A DNA stretch of 63,191 nt, filler included, from Chiloscyllium plagiosum (taxonomy: Eukaryota): NCBI RefSeq assembly GCF_004010195.1. It is 3 parts of one record of this genome, joined end to end, with 100 filler letters (N's around TTAATTAATTAA, not from the genome) between each part and the next. Parts side by side here need not be neighbours in the genome. Positions count along the whole stretch, not along the records: positions 1 to 27,789 come from NC_057716.1; positions 27,890 to 50,032 come from NC_057716.1; 1 more part is not named here. One strand, 5' to 3'. Shown here one piece after another: positions 26,217 through 38,675 of this stretch. A program made the position numbers and the translations under genes. The first letter of the stretch is position 1, and every line of letters starts with the position of its first letter. The notes beneath the pieces are model-generated. The model saw only the letters and a program-made list of their open reading frames with translations. It was not told where the DNA came from and did not search any database.

Positions 26217-27789
26217 AACCCCAGGGCATCAATGTGGACTTCAACAGTTTCCTCACCTCCCCTTCCCCCACCTCACTCCAGTCCCAGACTTCCAGCTCAG
26301 CACTGTCTCCATGACTTGTCCTACCTGCCTATCTTCTTTCTCACCTATCCATTCCACCCTCCTCCCTGACCTATCACCTTCATCCCCTCCCCCACTCACC
26401 TATTGTACTCTGTGCTACTTTCTCCCCACCCCCACCTTCCTCTCATTTATTTCTCCACCGTTCAGGCACTCTGCCTTTATTCCTGATGAAGGGCTTTTGC
26501 CCGAAACGTCGATTTTACTGCTCCTCGAATGCTGCCTGAACTGCTGTGCTTTTCCAGCACCACTAATCCAGAATCTGGTTTTCAGCATCTACAGTCATTG
26601 TTTTTATCTAGTTGATTTTAACCCTACTGCGAATCCTCTTGCAAGGATACCTGCCTTGTAGAAGTTTTCCTCCTCTCTCTACAAGAATCTCAGGAAGTCC
26701 CTCTCCCACTGCAACTCCCAGGTCATTTCCTCTGCCCTGAAGCTCTTCAACCATGTCCTGAAACAGACTCGCAACTACAGCCACAATTGCTTCCTCAGTG
26801 CCTGCCTCCGTAACCAACTCATCCCACACAGACTCCAGACCACCTTTAAACCAGCAGAGTTTGGATCAAAACAGGACAAACAGTATAGACTAGATTCAAA
26901 AACACCAGCAACAGTTCTCCTTCAAGATCCTCCACTCCATGCTCGCAGCAATGCGCCGGCACCTAACCTCTCTACAGTCAGCCCTGCCTCAGCTGAGGGC
27001 CACACTCTCTCAGAATTGCAAAGGACCCCTTCTGTACTACATCCTCAGGAGAATTCATACTCTCAACAAACAGGACGCTAGGACGCCATTAGGAACTGCT
27101 AGGACACCATTAGCCATGCGGTTGGTGCAGCCACCATCCGCACGCTGATTGATGACATCACTTCCGCCCCCATCATGGCCGCTTCCACAGCCACTTCTGC
27201 CCCTCACAATTCCTCATGCACCACACGTGACATCACTTCCGCCCTTCACATCATCGCTGATGTCACATACTCAGTGACTTCCACCCCCCCACTGCCGTGT
27301 TTGCCACCACTTCTGCCCGCACCAGGACATTAACCGCCTCAACCTGTCTATCCCCCTACCCCTCCCCACTCCCACCTCTCACCCTCACAACGCGCAGCCC
27401 TCCAATCCCTCTGCTCCAATCCCGACCTTACCATCAAGCCAGCAGATAAAGGGGACGCAGTGGTAGTCTGGTGCACTGACCTCTACACTGCTGAAGCCAG
27501 ACGCCAACTCGAGGACACCTCTTCCTATCGCCCCCTCGACTATGACCCCACCCCCCATCACCAAAGCATCCTCTCCCAGAACATACAGAACCTCATCACC
27601 TCAGGAGATCTCCCACCCACAGCTTCCAACCTCATAGTCCGGGAACCCCGCACTGCCCGGTTCTACCCCCTTCCCAAGATCCACAAGCCTGACCACCCTG
27701 GCCGACCCATTGTCTCAGCATGCTCCTGCCCAACTGAACTCATTTCTACCTACCTCGACACTGTCCTATCCCACCTAGTCCAGGAACTC
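26217..27789 (+). mobile_element. Penelope-like element: pseudo-LTR, ORF N-terminus and RT start, cut by the gap
   Basis: IKPADKGDAVVVW..ARFYPLPKIHKPDHPGRPIVSACSCPTELISTYLD. Confidence 0.9.
26483..26510 (+). ncRNA. Minimal hammerhead ribozyme motif in a Penelope pseudo-LTR
   Basis: CUGAUGA-a-GGGC-uuuu-GCCC-GAAAC-GUC: catalytic boxes, stem II and a palindromic ACGU stem III. Confidence 0.7.
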
Positions 27790-27889
27790 NNNNNNNNNNN
27801 NNNNNNNNNNNNNNNNNNNNNNNNNNNNNNNNNTTAATTAATTAANNNNNNNNNNNNNNNNNNNNNNNNNNNNNNNNNNNNNNNNNNNN
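27790..27889. other. Assembly join: 44 N + TTAATTAATTAA + 44 N
   Basis: Exactly 100 bp; the six-frame-stop spacer is identical to the one at 50033-50132. Confidence 0.97.
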
Positions 27890-29480
27890 AGAGCAAAAAT
27901 GGCAGGGGTTTGTGGGTATAATTGAGGACACTGTACAGAGGTTCATCCCCAAGAAGAGAAAGATTATCCGGGGAGGGATTAGACATCCATGGCTGACAAA
28001 GGAAGTCAGGAAATCTATCAAAGAAAGAGAGAGAGCCTATAAAGTGGCCATGAGCACTGGGAAGTTAGAAGATTGGGAAGGCTACAAAAACAAACAGAGG
28101 ATAACAAAGAGAGAAATAAGGAAGGAGAGGATCAAATATGAAGGTAGGCTAGCCAGTAATATTAGAAATGATAGTAAAAGTTTCTTTCATTACATAAGAA
28201 ACAAACGACAGGCAAGAGTAGACATTGGGCCACTTCAAACTGATGCTGGAAGCCTAGTGATGGGAGATAAGAAATAGCAGGAGAACTTAATAAGTACTTT
28301 GCATCTGTCTTCACAGGGGAAGACATGAGTAATATCCCAACAATTAAAGGGAGTCAGGGGGCTGAGTTGAGTATGGTTGCCATTACAAAAGAGAAAGTGC
28401 TAGAAAAGCTAAATGGTCTTAAAATTGATAAATCTCCTGGCCCCGATGGGCTACATCCGAGAGTTCTGAGGGAGGTGGCTGAGGAAATAGCGGAGGCGTT
28501 GGTTGAGATCTTTCAAAAGTCACTGGAGTCAGGGAAAGTCCCGGATGATTGGAAGATCGCTGTTGTAACCCCCTTGTTCAAATAAGGATCAAGGCAAAAG
28601 CTGGAAAATTATAGACCAATTAGCCTAACCTCGGTTGTTGGTAAAATTCTAGAATCCATCATTAAGGATGAGGTTTCTAAATGCTTGGAAGAACAGGGTC
28701 GGATTAGAATAAGTCAACGTGGATTTAGTAAGGGGAGGTCGTGCCTGACAAACCTGTTGGAGTTCTTTGAAGAGGTGACAAGTAGGTTAGACCAGGGAAA
28801 CCCAGTGGATGTTATCTACCTAGACTTCCAAAAGGCCTTTGATAAGGTGCCACGCGGGAGGTTGCTGAGCAAGGTGAGGGCCCATGGTGTTCGAGGTGAG
28901 CTACTGGTATGGATTGAGGATTGGCTGTCTGACAGAAGGCAGAGAGTTGGGTTAAAAGGTTTTTTTTCGGAATGGCAGCCGGTGACAAGCGGTGTCCTGC
29001 AGGGTTCAGTGTTGGGGCCGCAGCTGTTCACATTATATATTAATGATCTGGATGAAGAGACTGATGATCCCTGGAATGGTAGGTCTAACATATGAGGAAC
29101 GGCTGAGGATCCTGGATTGTATTCATTGGAGTTTAGAAGATTAAGGGGAGATCTAATAGAAACTTACAAGATAATACATGGCTTGGAGAGGGTGGACGCT
29201 AGGAAATTGTTTCCGTTAGGCGAGGAGACTAGGACCCGTGGACACAGCCTTAGAATTAGAGGGGGTAAATTCAGAACAGAAATGCGGAGACATTTCTTCA
29301 GCCAGAGAGTGTTGGGCCTGTGGAATTCATTGCCACAGAGTGCAGTGGAGGGTGGGATGCTAAATATCTTCAAGGCAGAAATTGATAAATTCTTGATGTC
29401 ACAAGGAATTAAGGGCTACGGGGAGAATGCGGGTAAGTGGACTCGATGGGCCAAATGGCCTTACTTCCACTCCTATGTCT
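27890..29480 (+). mobile_element. CR1-clade LINE ORF2 3' half (second subfamily)
   Basis: ORFs 27912-29611: [55 protein letters not shown]. Confidence 0.92.
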
Positions 29481-30015
29481 TATACTATATAAGAATTTAC
29501 AAATTTGTTAATGGGAAATGGGCATTGCCAACCCTAACTGAAATTGAGATGGTGGAGCTGAGTTGCCTTTCTGAGCCACTGCTGTTAGGAAATGGAGTTG
29601 CAGGATTTTGAACGCACAACAGTGAAGAAACTACGATTTGGTTCCAAGTCAGGATGGTATATAGCTTGGATGGAATCTTGCAGACAATGGTGTTCCCATG
29701 TAACTGCTGTCCTCGTTTTTCTAGATCATACAAGTGTATAATGCAAAGCAAAAGTATACTGATGCTGGAAATCTGAACTAAAAACAGTTGGAATACTGAG
29801 CAGAACAGGTGGCATCTGTGAACCAAAAAGCAGACATAACATTTCAAGTGAACTGTTGTTACAAATGTCAATAGCTTATCGTCCCAAAAACCAATGGTGC
29901 CTGACCTGCGGGATATTTTTCAATTTAAATTGCATTATGATCTATAAAAAAACTTTTTTTTTTAAAAACTGGATATCTAAGTTGCATTCAAAAACATAAC
30001 TATTTCATAATTTAC

Positions 30016-30161
30016 CTGGCAAACATCCATCCCAAAATTTCATTCAAAAAGACTTCCTCGCTGTAGTGGCTGAAACTTGCAAGATGAGCTCCAAATGCTT
30101 GACAAAATTGTTCCGCTTCTTCCCAAGTTCTCTTCTTTAACACTTTCTCATGATGAAATAC
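30016..30161 (-). CDS. PLA2R1: PLA2R1-like exon, CTLD4 N-half: VFHHEKVLKKRTWEEAEQFCQAFGAHLASFSHYSEEVFLNEILGWMFA(R)
   Basis: Acceptor cattcaaAG, donor GTaaat, 146 nt, phase 0/2. Matches PLA2R1 VFHSEKVLMKRTWREAEAFCEEFGAHLASF. Confidence 0.93.
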
Positions 30162-31226
30162 CTTTGAATGGAAATTCTATATTAATATAATCATAGACCA
30201 ATGAAATAAAAGTCCAGTTTTCAAATAAAAGGGGGCCATGCCACATGTTTGAACGTGCCACAAAACTGTAACAGGGAGAAAGTGAGGACTGTAGATGCTG
30301 GAGATCAGAGTTGAAATGTGTGGTGCTGGAAAAGCACAGTCGGTCAGGCAGCATCCGAGGAGGAGGAGAGTTGACATTTCGAGCATCAGTTCTTCTTCAG
30401 GAATGGTGAATTCCTGATGAAGAGCTTATGTTCAAAATGTCAACTCTCCTGCTCCTTGGATGCTGCCTGACTGGATGTGCTTTTCCAGCACCACACTTTT
30501 CGACACAAGACTGTAAAGATGGTTTTGGAGCTAATTTTTTTGGGGCTCAGGATGAGGGTGATGCCAGAAATGCCACATTTATTGCCCATCTCCAAATATT
30601 GTGCTTGATTTTTTCCTGCAAGGTGGCTGTTTTCCCATATTTCCTTCTCATCCTCTCCTTTTTTTATTTCATCTCTTCCCATGTACTCTTTCCCTACTAT
30701 TGCTTTCCTTAACTGTCTTTCTCTATTATCCTCTACCATTCTGAGAAAACTCTTCTGGGATACATGTTCTGCGGTAGGAGTGGAAGTGATGGGGATGGGT
30801 CAGCTTTTCTCATGACTGTCAGCTCATTACCTTTGCACATGAGGAGCACAGAGAATCGTGTGGTGGAATAGGCACCAAGTCGACATTCCCACCTTTATCT
30901 TATGGGTTTGAAGAACTAACATTTAAAAAGGATGCCTGGATAAACCTTTATGTTCTGCAAATGAGAAGAATCACTTGGGCTCTCAGAGTGGATGCTGGCA
31001 CCTAAACTATCTGGTCCTTCAACTATTCTCCAGTCAGCATGCCTTCCTTCTCAAGAGAGGCTTCTATTTTTGGCTAGACAGTTTTCCACATTATGCCAGC
31101 TTCCTTGACCCATATCCCTAACACCCCAGCCTCTCTCCATTGATTATCCTCCATGCACCTCACAATTTCGACTAACGCCACCTGATCGCAACCATCGGAC
31201 AGCCCAAGTGAAGGCTCGCCAAACAA

Positions 31227-32253
31227 GAGAAAGTGAGGACTGCAGACGGTGGAGATCAGAGCTGAAAAGTGTGGTGCTAGAAAAGAACAGCAGGTCAGAC
31301 AGGATCCAAGGAACAGGAGAATTGATATTTCAGGCATAAGCCCTTCATCAGGAATGGGAGGGTTGCTGAGAGATAAATAGGACGGTGGGATAGCTGGGAA
31401 GGCGATAGACAGATTAAGGTGGGGGGTGATAGTGATAGTTCGGAGTGGAGGGTGGAGCGGTGAGGTGGGAAATAGAATGAACAAGGTCAGTAGGACAGGT
31501 CAAGAGAGCTGTGCTGAGTTGGAGGGTTGGATCTGGGATGAGGTGAGGGAAGGGGAGATGAGGAAACTGGTAAAGTTGATTCCGTATGGTTGGAGGGTCC
31601 CAAGGTGGAAGTGGAGACGTTCTTTCTTCAGGTGTCAGGTGGCTTGGATTTTGTGGTGGAGGCAGCTCAGGATTTGCATGTCCTTGGCGGAGTGGGAGTT
31701 GAAGTGGTCAGCCACAGGGCGGCGGTGTTGTTTGGTGCGTGTGTCCCAGGGATATTCCCGTAAACATTCCACGAGTTGGCGTACTATCTTCCCAATGTAG
31801 AGGAGAGCACATCGAGAGCAACAGACACCGTTTGGATGTGCGGGAAATTCTGCCGGATGTGAAAGAATCCTTTGGGGCCTTGGATGGAACTGAGGGGGGA
31901 GGTGTGGGCACAGGTTTTACACCTCTTGTGGCAGCAAGGGAAGGTGCCAGGAGTGGAGAGTGGGTTGGTGGGGGACGTGGACCTGACAAAGGAGTCACGG
32001 AGGGAATGGTCTCTGCGGAATGCTGATAGGGGTGGGGAGGGAAATAGATCTCTACTGGTGGGATCTGATTGTAGGTTACAGAAATGGCAGAGGACAATGT
32101 GCTGTATCCAGAGATTAGTGTGATGGGAGGTGAGGATGAGGGGTATTCTATCCTTGTTACGGTTGGAGAGGTGGGGTTCAAGGGCAGAGGTGCGGGAAGT
32201 GGACGAGATGCGAGGAAGGCATTGTTGACCATGTGGGAGGGGAAATTGTGGTC
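31227..32253 (-). mobile_element. Penelope-like element 3' part (thumb, GIY-YIG and pseudo-LTR)
   Basis: Same family as 17918-18572; RIPLILTSHHTNL..Q..I..HF..LQSDP and CKTCAHT motifs in the minus frame. Confidence 0.82.
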
Positions 32254-33015
32254 ACCAAAGAGGACAAAGCAGCAGCCTCAGTCCAACTTGTTCAATTCAC
32301 CTCCCCTATCTGCCTTTTACACAGTCCTGAATCAAAGTACGTTTCTCTTCACATAAGTAGAACTTAGTTGCGAAGGAGAATAAATAACAATTTGGCCTTT
32401 TAATAAGCATGCCTGACACGCAAATACATGCAAAATGGCTTGCCAGCGTGAAACTCAATCTAACTTTAGTTCCAAGAACTTAATTGCAAACTTTTTTTTG
32501 GTCATGAGGAATCTGAGTTTTGGCCTCCCTCACAATTAATGTCCCTCGCCCACACTGGTTCCCTCCCTGGGGCAGCACAAGATTCCACCCAGAGAGTTTG
32601 CTTCAGATAGCCTTATGGTCTTCAGGGACAATTAATTATGTGACAGCTATTTCAGAAAAACCTAGCATAATTCATTCAACAAACACTACTGAATGTAACA
32701 AGTTCTTAAAATATCAGTAATTTTAAGCATCTTTTTGTAAATAGAGAATTCTTCAGAAAAAATAAATATAGTACACCATTACTTTAACTGCAAGCCACTT
32801 CAACTATTCATAAAGAGCACTCACCTTTGCTGAGTCGATTTGAAATGCTGAGGATTAGAATTTGTTTTGATATAACATGTAATTTGATTTAATATAACAT
32901 GTAAACGTTAGTAAAAAGCTCAAATTTAAGTCTTCTGCTACTGACAATACTGAAGGTATAAATAAAAAAAACAGTTTTTGCTTATCTTTTCCAAGTGGAG
33001 AGTAAAGCTTTTCAC

Positions 33016-33227
33016 CTTGAAGCAATTCAGAAGATCTGGGCTGGACTCCCATCCAAAATGACATTTAGCTTTAGCCTTCATGGCTTGATCAGGGAAGGAT
33101 TTTGATCGTGGAGCAGATGCAACTTTTTGTTCACACAAAGACATTGCTTTGAAGGTTTTACAGTCTTTAACTTCCCAAAGGATATGAGATTTAACTCTGA
33201 CCAGTGCAACACAACCACCTGAATGAG
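33016..33227 (-). CDS. PLA2R1: PLA2R1-like exon, CTLD3 end and CTLD4 start: (A)HSGGCVALVRVKSHILWEVKDCKTFKAMSLCEQ...CHFGWESSPDLLNCFK
   Basis: Lies within ORF 32938-33252. Acceptor tgtttttcAG, donor GTgaaa, 212 nt, phase 1/0. SGGCVA, WEVK.C..FKAMSLC and WES.P.L..CFK are all PLA2R1-like. Confidence 0.93.
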
Positions 33228-33436
33228 CTGAAAAACAAAGAAGGGAATTCACTAAGGATACTAAACAATGTCTTAAATGTCATATTCTCTTCCACTTTAA
33301 AATGAGGAAAAGTTTCAAATCCCTAACTTAGTCTTTCTGCTTAAATATTAACATAAATATTTATAAAATGATAAAGGGAAAAGTTAAACAATAATTCAAA
33401 ATAAAGAAATGCAGTAAATTTTCTTTAATTATCTAC

Positions 33437-33606
33437 CTGGTTGATTTTTATTCCAATTTGTGAAGGAAACTGGTGCATTCTTATCATTTGCCAGTAACCA
33501 GGTATATTTTTCAGTCTGATTTCTATCCTGAAGACCTATCCAGAAGTTTTTGTGGCCTTCTCTGGCAAAATTACTGATCAGACTATTAATGAATGCTTGT
33601 TCAAAC
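33437..33606 (-). CDS. PLA2R1: PLA2R1-like exon, CTLD3 middle: FEQAFINSLISNFAREGHKNFWIGLQDRNQTEKYTWLLANDKNAPVSFTNWNKNQP
   Basis: Lies within ORF 33429-33710. Acceptor gttctcgtAG, donor GTagat, 170 nt, phase 2/1. Close to PLA2R1 RFEQAFITSLIS...FWIALQDQNDTGEYTW. Confidence 0.93.
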
Positions 33607-33894
33607 CTACGAGAACAAAGTAAAACTACAATGTTAACTATAGAAATAAACCAAAACAACAATTTATTGGTGGTCCTCAGAGACTGATGCAACATTTCTT
33701 TTATATTCAAATTATTCTAACCTCCAATGCAGTTCAAATCTTTATAAACACTGACCCATTCTTCACTTCTATCAGATAAACACATACAGACATTATCGCT
33801 TGATCGGTGTTTAGATTTTGTATGCAATTTCTTTCCGAGTTATGGGCTAAATTAGGCAGCAAGAATGTATGTATCAATGTCATCATGGAAGCAG

Positions 33895-34220
33895 TGCCAG
33901 GGTGGTAATGTCACTAGACTAATAATTCAAAATCCTCGGTGAATATTCGGAGGACATGTTTTCAAATACTACCATAGGAGATGGTAACATTTGAATTCAA
34001 TAAAAATCTGGCATTAAAAGCTCGTCCAATGACGACTGTGTGATAATTATTGATTACCATTAAAAAAAATCTGGTTCAGTAATGTCCCTTAGGGAAGGAA
34101 GTCTACTTTCCTTATTTCGTCTGGCATGCATGTGACTTCAGACTCATTGCAATGTGGTTAACTTTTAACTGCCTCTGGACAATAAATTTTGGCCTGGCCA
34201 TCAATGTACACATTCCATGG
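33895..34220 (+). repeat. Interspersed SINE-like repeat (second copy at about 24520-24790 on the minus strand)
   Basis: Shared core aaaa..ctggttca.taatgtcc.ttagggaaggaa...ctggc...atgtgact.caga in both copies. Confidence 0.6.
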
Positions 34221-34469
34221 ATTATAACAATATTCTGAGATTGGACACAATTTCTTACCAATAATCAACAAAAATATTGTTGACTCAGACATAAACTACT
34301 GACAAAAATAATGAAAATGTGATTAGACTAGATTAAATTGGCATTACTGTAAGATGCAGAGGGTCTTTGATTTCTCTTAACACAAGAACGAGGAGGAATA
34401 GGTAATTCAGCCTTTCAAACCTGCTCTGCCATTTAGTATGATTATGGCTGAAATCATCTTGGCCTCTAT

Positions 34470-34793
34470 TGGCGGCATGGTGACACAGTGGTTAGCACTG
34501 CTGCCTCACAGTGCCAGAGACCCGGGTTCAATTCCTGCCTCAGGCAACTGTCTGTGTGGAGTTTGCACATTCTCCCTGAGTCTGCGTGGGTTTCCTCTGG
34601 GTGCTCCGGTTTCCTCCCACAGTCCAAAAATGTGCAGGTTAGGTGAATTGGCCATGCTAAATTGCCTGTAGTGTTAGGTGAAGGGGTAAATGTAGAGGAA
34701 TGGGTCTGGGTGGGGTTAATCTGCGGAGGGTCGGTGTGGACTTGTTGGGTCGAAGGGCCTGTTTCCGCACTGTAAGTAATCTAATCTAATCTA
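34470..34793 (+). mobile_element. HE1-type V-SINE
   Basis: Same head, V-domain and tail as the 47274-47591 copy. Confidence 0.88.
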
Positions 34794-34795
34794 TT

Positions 34796-36060
34796 CCACT
34801 TTCTTGAATGTTTCCCATAACCCTTTAACCCACTACTAATCAAAAGTCATTGATCTGCTCCTTAAGTTTATCCAATGCATCAGCGTCCATCATGTTCTGC
34901 AATAGCGAATTCACAGATTATTGACCCTTTCAGAGACACAGTTCCTCCTCATCTCTGTTTTAAATCTGTCATACTTTAGACTAAAACTTTGACCTCTCAT
35001 TCTAAATGTGCAGGTCAAAGATGTGCAGGTCAGGTGAAATGGCCATGCTAAAATTGCCTGTAGTGTTAGGTAAGGGATAAATGTAGGGGTATGGGTGGGT
35101 TGCGCTTCGGCGGGGCGGTGTGGACTTGTTGGGCCAAAGGGCCTATTTCCACACTGTAAGTAATCTAATCTAATCTAATCTAAACAACAAGGGAAAATCC
35201 ATTCTACATCTACTTGTCTAGATCTAATTGGTCAATCCTCTTCAGCATCCTACATGCCTCAAGTAGGTCTCCTCGCATTCTTCTAAACTCTAGCGAGTAT
35301 AGACCAAAATGTAATATCTCCTAAACCAAGGCTTTCATCTCTAAAATTAATCAAGTGAACCTTCTCTGAACTGCCTCCATTACAAGGGGACCAAATCTGT
35401 ATGCAGTATTCCAGACAGTCTCACTAATGCTTTGTAGAGCTTTAATTCCCTACTTTTATACCCCATTCCTTAAGCAAAATATGCCAAAGTTTCCTGTGCC
35501 CTCCTTGTTACCCAATACACATACATACTAGTTTTCTCCAATTCACCCATATTGTCTGCACAAAAGTATGTTGGAGTTTCTCTCCATTTAAATAATGAGT
35601 GGCCTCATTATTCTTTTGACCAATATTGATAATCTCACAACTATCCATATAAAACGTCATCTGCCAAATTCTGGCCATCATCTAACCTACCCATATCCAT
35701 TTGCAAATTTCTTATTTCTTCAGTGCAATTTGTTTCCCTATCTATCTACCCATCATTTGCCAATTTTATGACCACACATTGATCCCTTCATACAAGGCAT
35801 TAATATAGATTGGACATAGTTGAGGCCCCAGTCTACACCCATGGCACTCCAACACGAAAACAAACCACTTATCTCATATTGTTTCCTGGTAGCTGATCAA
35901 TCCTCCATCCATGCTAATACGCGACTCCAAAACCATGAGTTCCTACATTGTGTGACACTTTACTGAAGGCTTTTTTTAAAATTCCAAAAACAGATTCCCA
36001 ACCATACACCCTGTTTGACACATCTTCAAAGAACTCTGATAAATTAATCAAACATGTGGC
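34796..36060 (-). mobile_element. Old CR1-clade LINE fragment with a nested partial HE1 SINE (about 35010-35185)
   Basis: Diverged reverse-complement match to the RT and 3' sequences of other CR1 copies in the window. Confidence 0.65.
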
Positions 36061-36649
36061 TTTGCAAGACTGCATTGCAATTTTCTAAATGTATTGTTAT
36101 TAACACAAAAAATTCCCTGTGACAGACAATGGGCTAATTGCCAATTGTTTCTTGCTTTCTGTCTCCCTCATTCCTTGAATAGGAGTGTTGTGTTTTTCCA
36201 ATGTGCTGGGACACACATGCTTGTTACCAACAGGATACTGCTATGGAGTCATAAAAGTGGGTTCTGCCTATCACTCAGACTCTCAAATGAGCAATGCGTG
36301 ATACAAATTTCAGTGGTTACTGCGATGCCGGGAAAGTAGACCAAACATTTTAAAGGCTGGCAGATTGTAACAAATAGCATGTCGCAAATAACTGATCGCA
36401 ACAAATAAAGTACTCTACCAACCAAGCTGCATTTGCAAAACTTACAACAATAGATGTGACTCTGTAATTGGACAACATTTGCTGGATAATCCCGAATATG
36501 TAAGGAATTAACCTAAAAAGTTCAGGATTGTCAGCCATGCAGCTTGCAACATGTGCATGGACTGGTACATGTGCATGGATTGGAACTTACATTATTAAAC
36601 AGGGCTCTGATCTTTGCAGTTAGAAAAATCACACATTTTTCAACTCAAC

Positions 36650-36910
36650 AAGGCAGCACGCTCAGAGCACGGGGGACCTGGGTTCAATGTCACCCTCAGG
36701 CGACTGTATGGAGTTTGTACATTCTCCTTGTGGGTTTCCTCTGGGTGCTATGATTTCCTCCCACAGTCTAAAGATGTGCAGGTAAGGTGACTTAACCACA
36801 AAATATGTCTTGTTACATCGATGCGGTGAGTCTGGGTGGGTGCTCTTCGAAGGGTCAGTGTGGATTCAATGGGTTGAATGGCCTGCTCCCACACTGTGGG
36901 ATTCTATGAA
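36650..36910 (+). mobile_element. Diverged HE1-type V-SINE inside a Penelope remnant
   Basis: gggttcaat B-box, V-domain and gggattctatg tail. Confidence 0.7.
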
Positions 36911-38647
36911 AACAGGTGACAGGCAATCACTGGCTTAGTTCTGAGGGCAATGTCCTGACCAGTCAACCTGTGTGGTTTAAAATGTAAACAAAGTCTGGTA
37001 GTTAACTTTCAACCAGTATTAATGGGTGCATTCTCCATGGCAACATCTCTACCACAGACCATCGTCAAACAATCAACACTCTCCTGTCATGCACTAGAAA
37101 TGTTGATTTTCTCCCTTAATTTGTATTTTTGCATAATGTCTTAATGATCACAAGATTAAAAAGTTCAATAATTTTTTTTCCATCAACACTCAACTAATGG
37201 TAATATCTTCATACTGTTTGTTCTTTGGGTAAAGATGTTTATTATAAATTCCAATGTAACCATAAAATTGAAGCATACAGCAAATACTACAGGGTCTTCG
37301 ATAGTCTGAATCTATCTGTTCTGTTTAAGGCCACCCTGTAGACTGAAGACATTTTAATCACAGATATCAAAGGTCAAGGAGCATATTCACTTGTCATAAA
37401 TGCCAGAGTGACAGGTCCTGAAATCTAAACCTGCAATTAAAGTGCATCATTTATTGCCTCTGATGTGTAAATGAAAGAGCACAAATGTTAGGTGAGAAAT
37501 AAGCCTGTAGTGTTTGTTTTCAGATAAGACACAGTTTCCTTATGCTCTCAATAAAGGTCAGAGAAAGGCATGAACATTTGGCAGTGCGTGCATGCCATTT
37601 TGATGAAAGGCATGTACGCAACTAACGACCACCAACAGCATGCAGAGCAGGGACTGTGTTATGAACAGGGCTGTTTCCAAATTCTTTACTCCTTCCTACA
37701 CTGCTCCAACTTTGCACACAGTTGAGCACACTCATGAAATTAGATGAAAGACAGTCTTAGCGGTGTCATTGAAAGGGATTATGAACTACTCACATGTTAG
37801 TTGCGGGATTATTTCTTTTAGCTGGTGGTGGAATTGGATAAATTTTGGAATACTGATTTTTAAATTTTGAACACTTTGCAGGGAGTGGTCTTGCTGATTC
37901 TGAATGTTGAAATGGGTGGCTTGGGAAAACTTCCTCTGAAAATTGAGATTAATTGGGAAAATGAAGAGAAACTACAGACAGCAGAATAAGCCGCTGAAAG
38001 AAGAGGTGGAGGAGGGAAGAAGAATTCCCAGTCGGGTGGGGTGGAAGGGAGTGGTGTGCATTTCTGTTGAAGGTCTTTAGGGAGCAATTCTCTCATCTGA
38101 ATTTCATGAATGACCAATTCTCAAAATGCCTTTATTCCAAAGAACGTGACCGAAACCTGCCAACTGAGGTAGCTAATGCTGTGATCACAAGATCAGATTA
38201 GAACTGCACTGGCTACAGTTGTTGAGGTGTCCAGTGATAGCACCTTTATTCATCTGGCTCCTTTCAGGCTGATACTGAAGATACATGTAACCTCCTAGTT
38301 TGCAGTACAGTCATTCTAAACATTTTCTTGCAAGTGTCTCATAAACACGGGCACTTTCTGAGGCAAAAATGTAATGAGTAACTGATGTGCGATATAAGCT
38401 GTTCAAAGTCCATTATCCTGGCAGCAGTCATGATTCCTTCATTCCTGTATCAGTTCTCTGTGCTAAGTGTACTTGAACCTACCTTGCCAAGCTAATGTTA
38501 GTTGCTGGGTGTTAAAGGTTATCCCAGGGGAGAGTGAGGACTGAAGATGCTGGAGATCAGATTCAAAAAGTGCAGCACTGGAAAAGCACAGCCAGTCAGG
38601 CAGCATCCAAGGAGCAGGACAGTCGATGTCTCCAGCATAAGACATTC

Positions 38648-38675
38648 CTGATGAGGGACTTATGTCCGAAACGTC
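38648..38675 (+). ncRNA. Minimal hammerhead ribozyme motif (compensated stem II)
   Basis: CUGAUGA-g-GGAC-uuau-GUCC-GAAAC-GUC. Confidence 0.65.
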
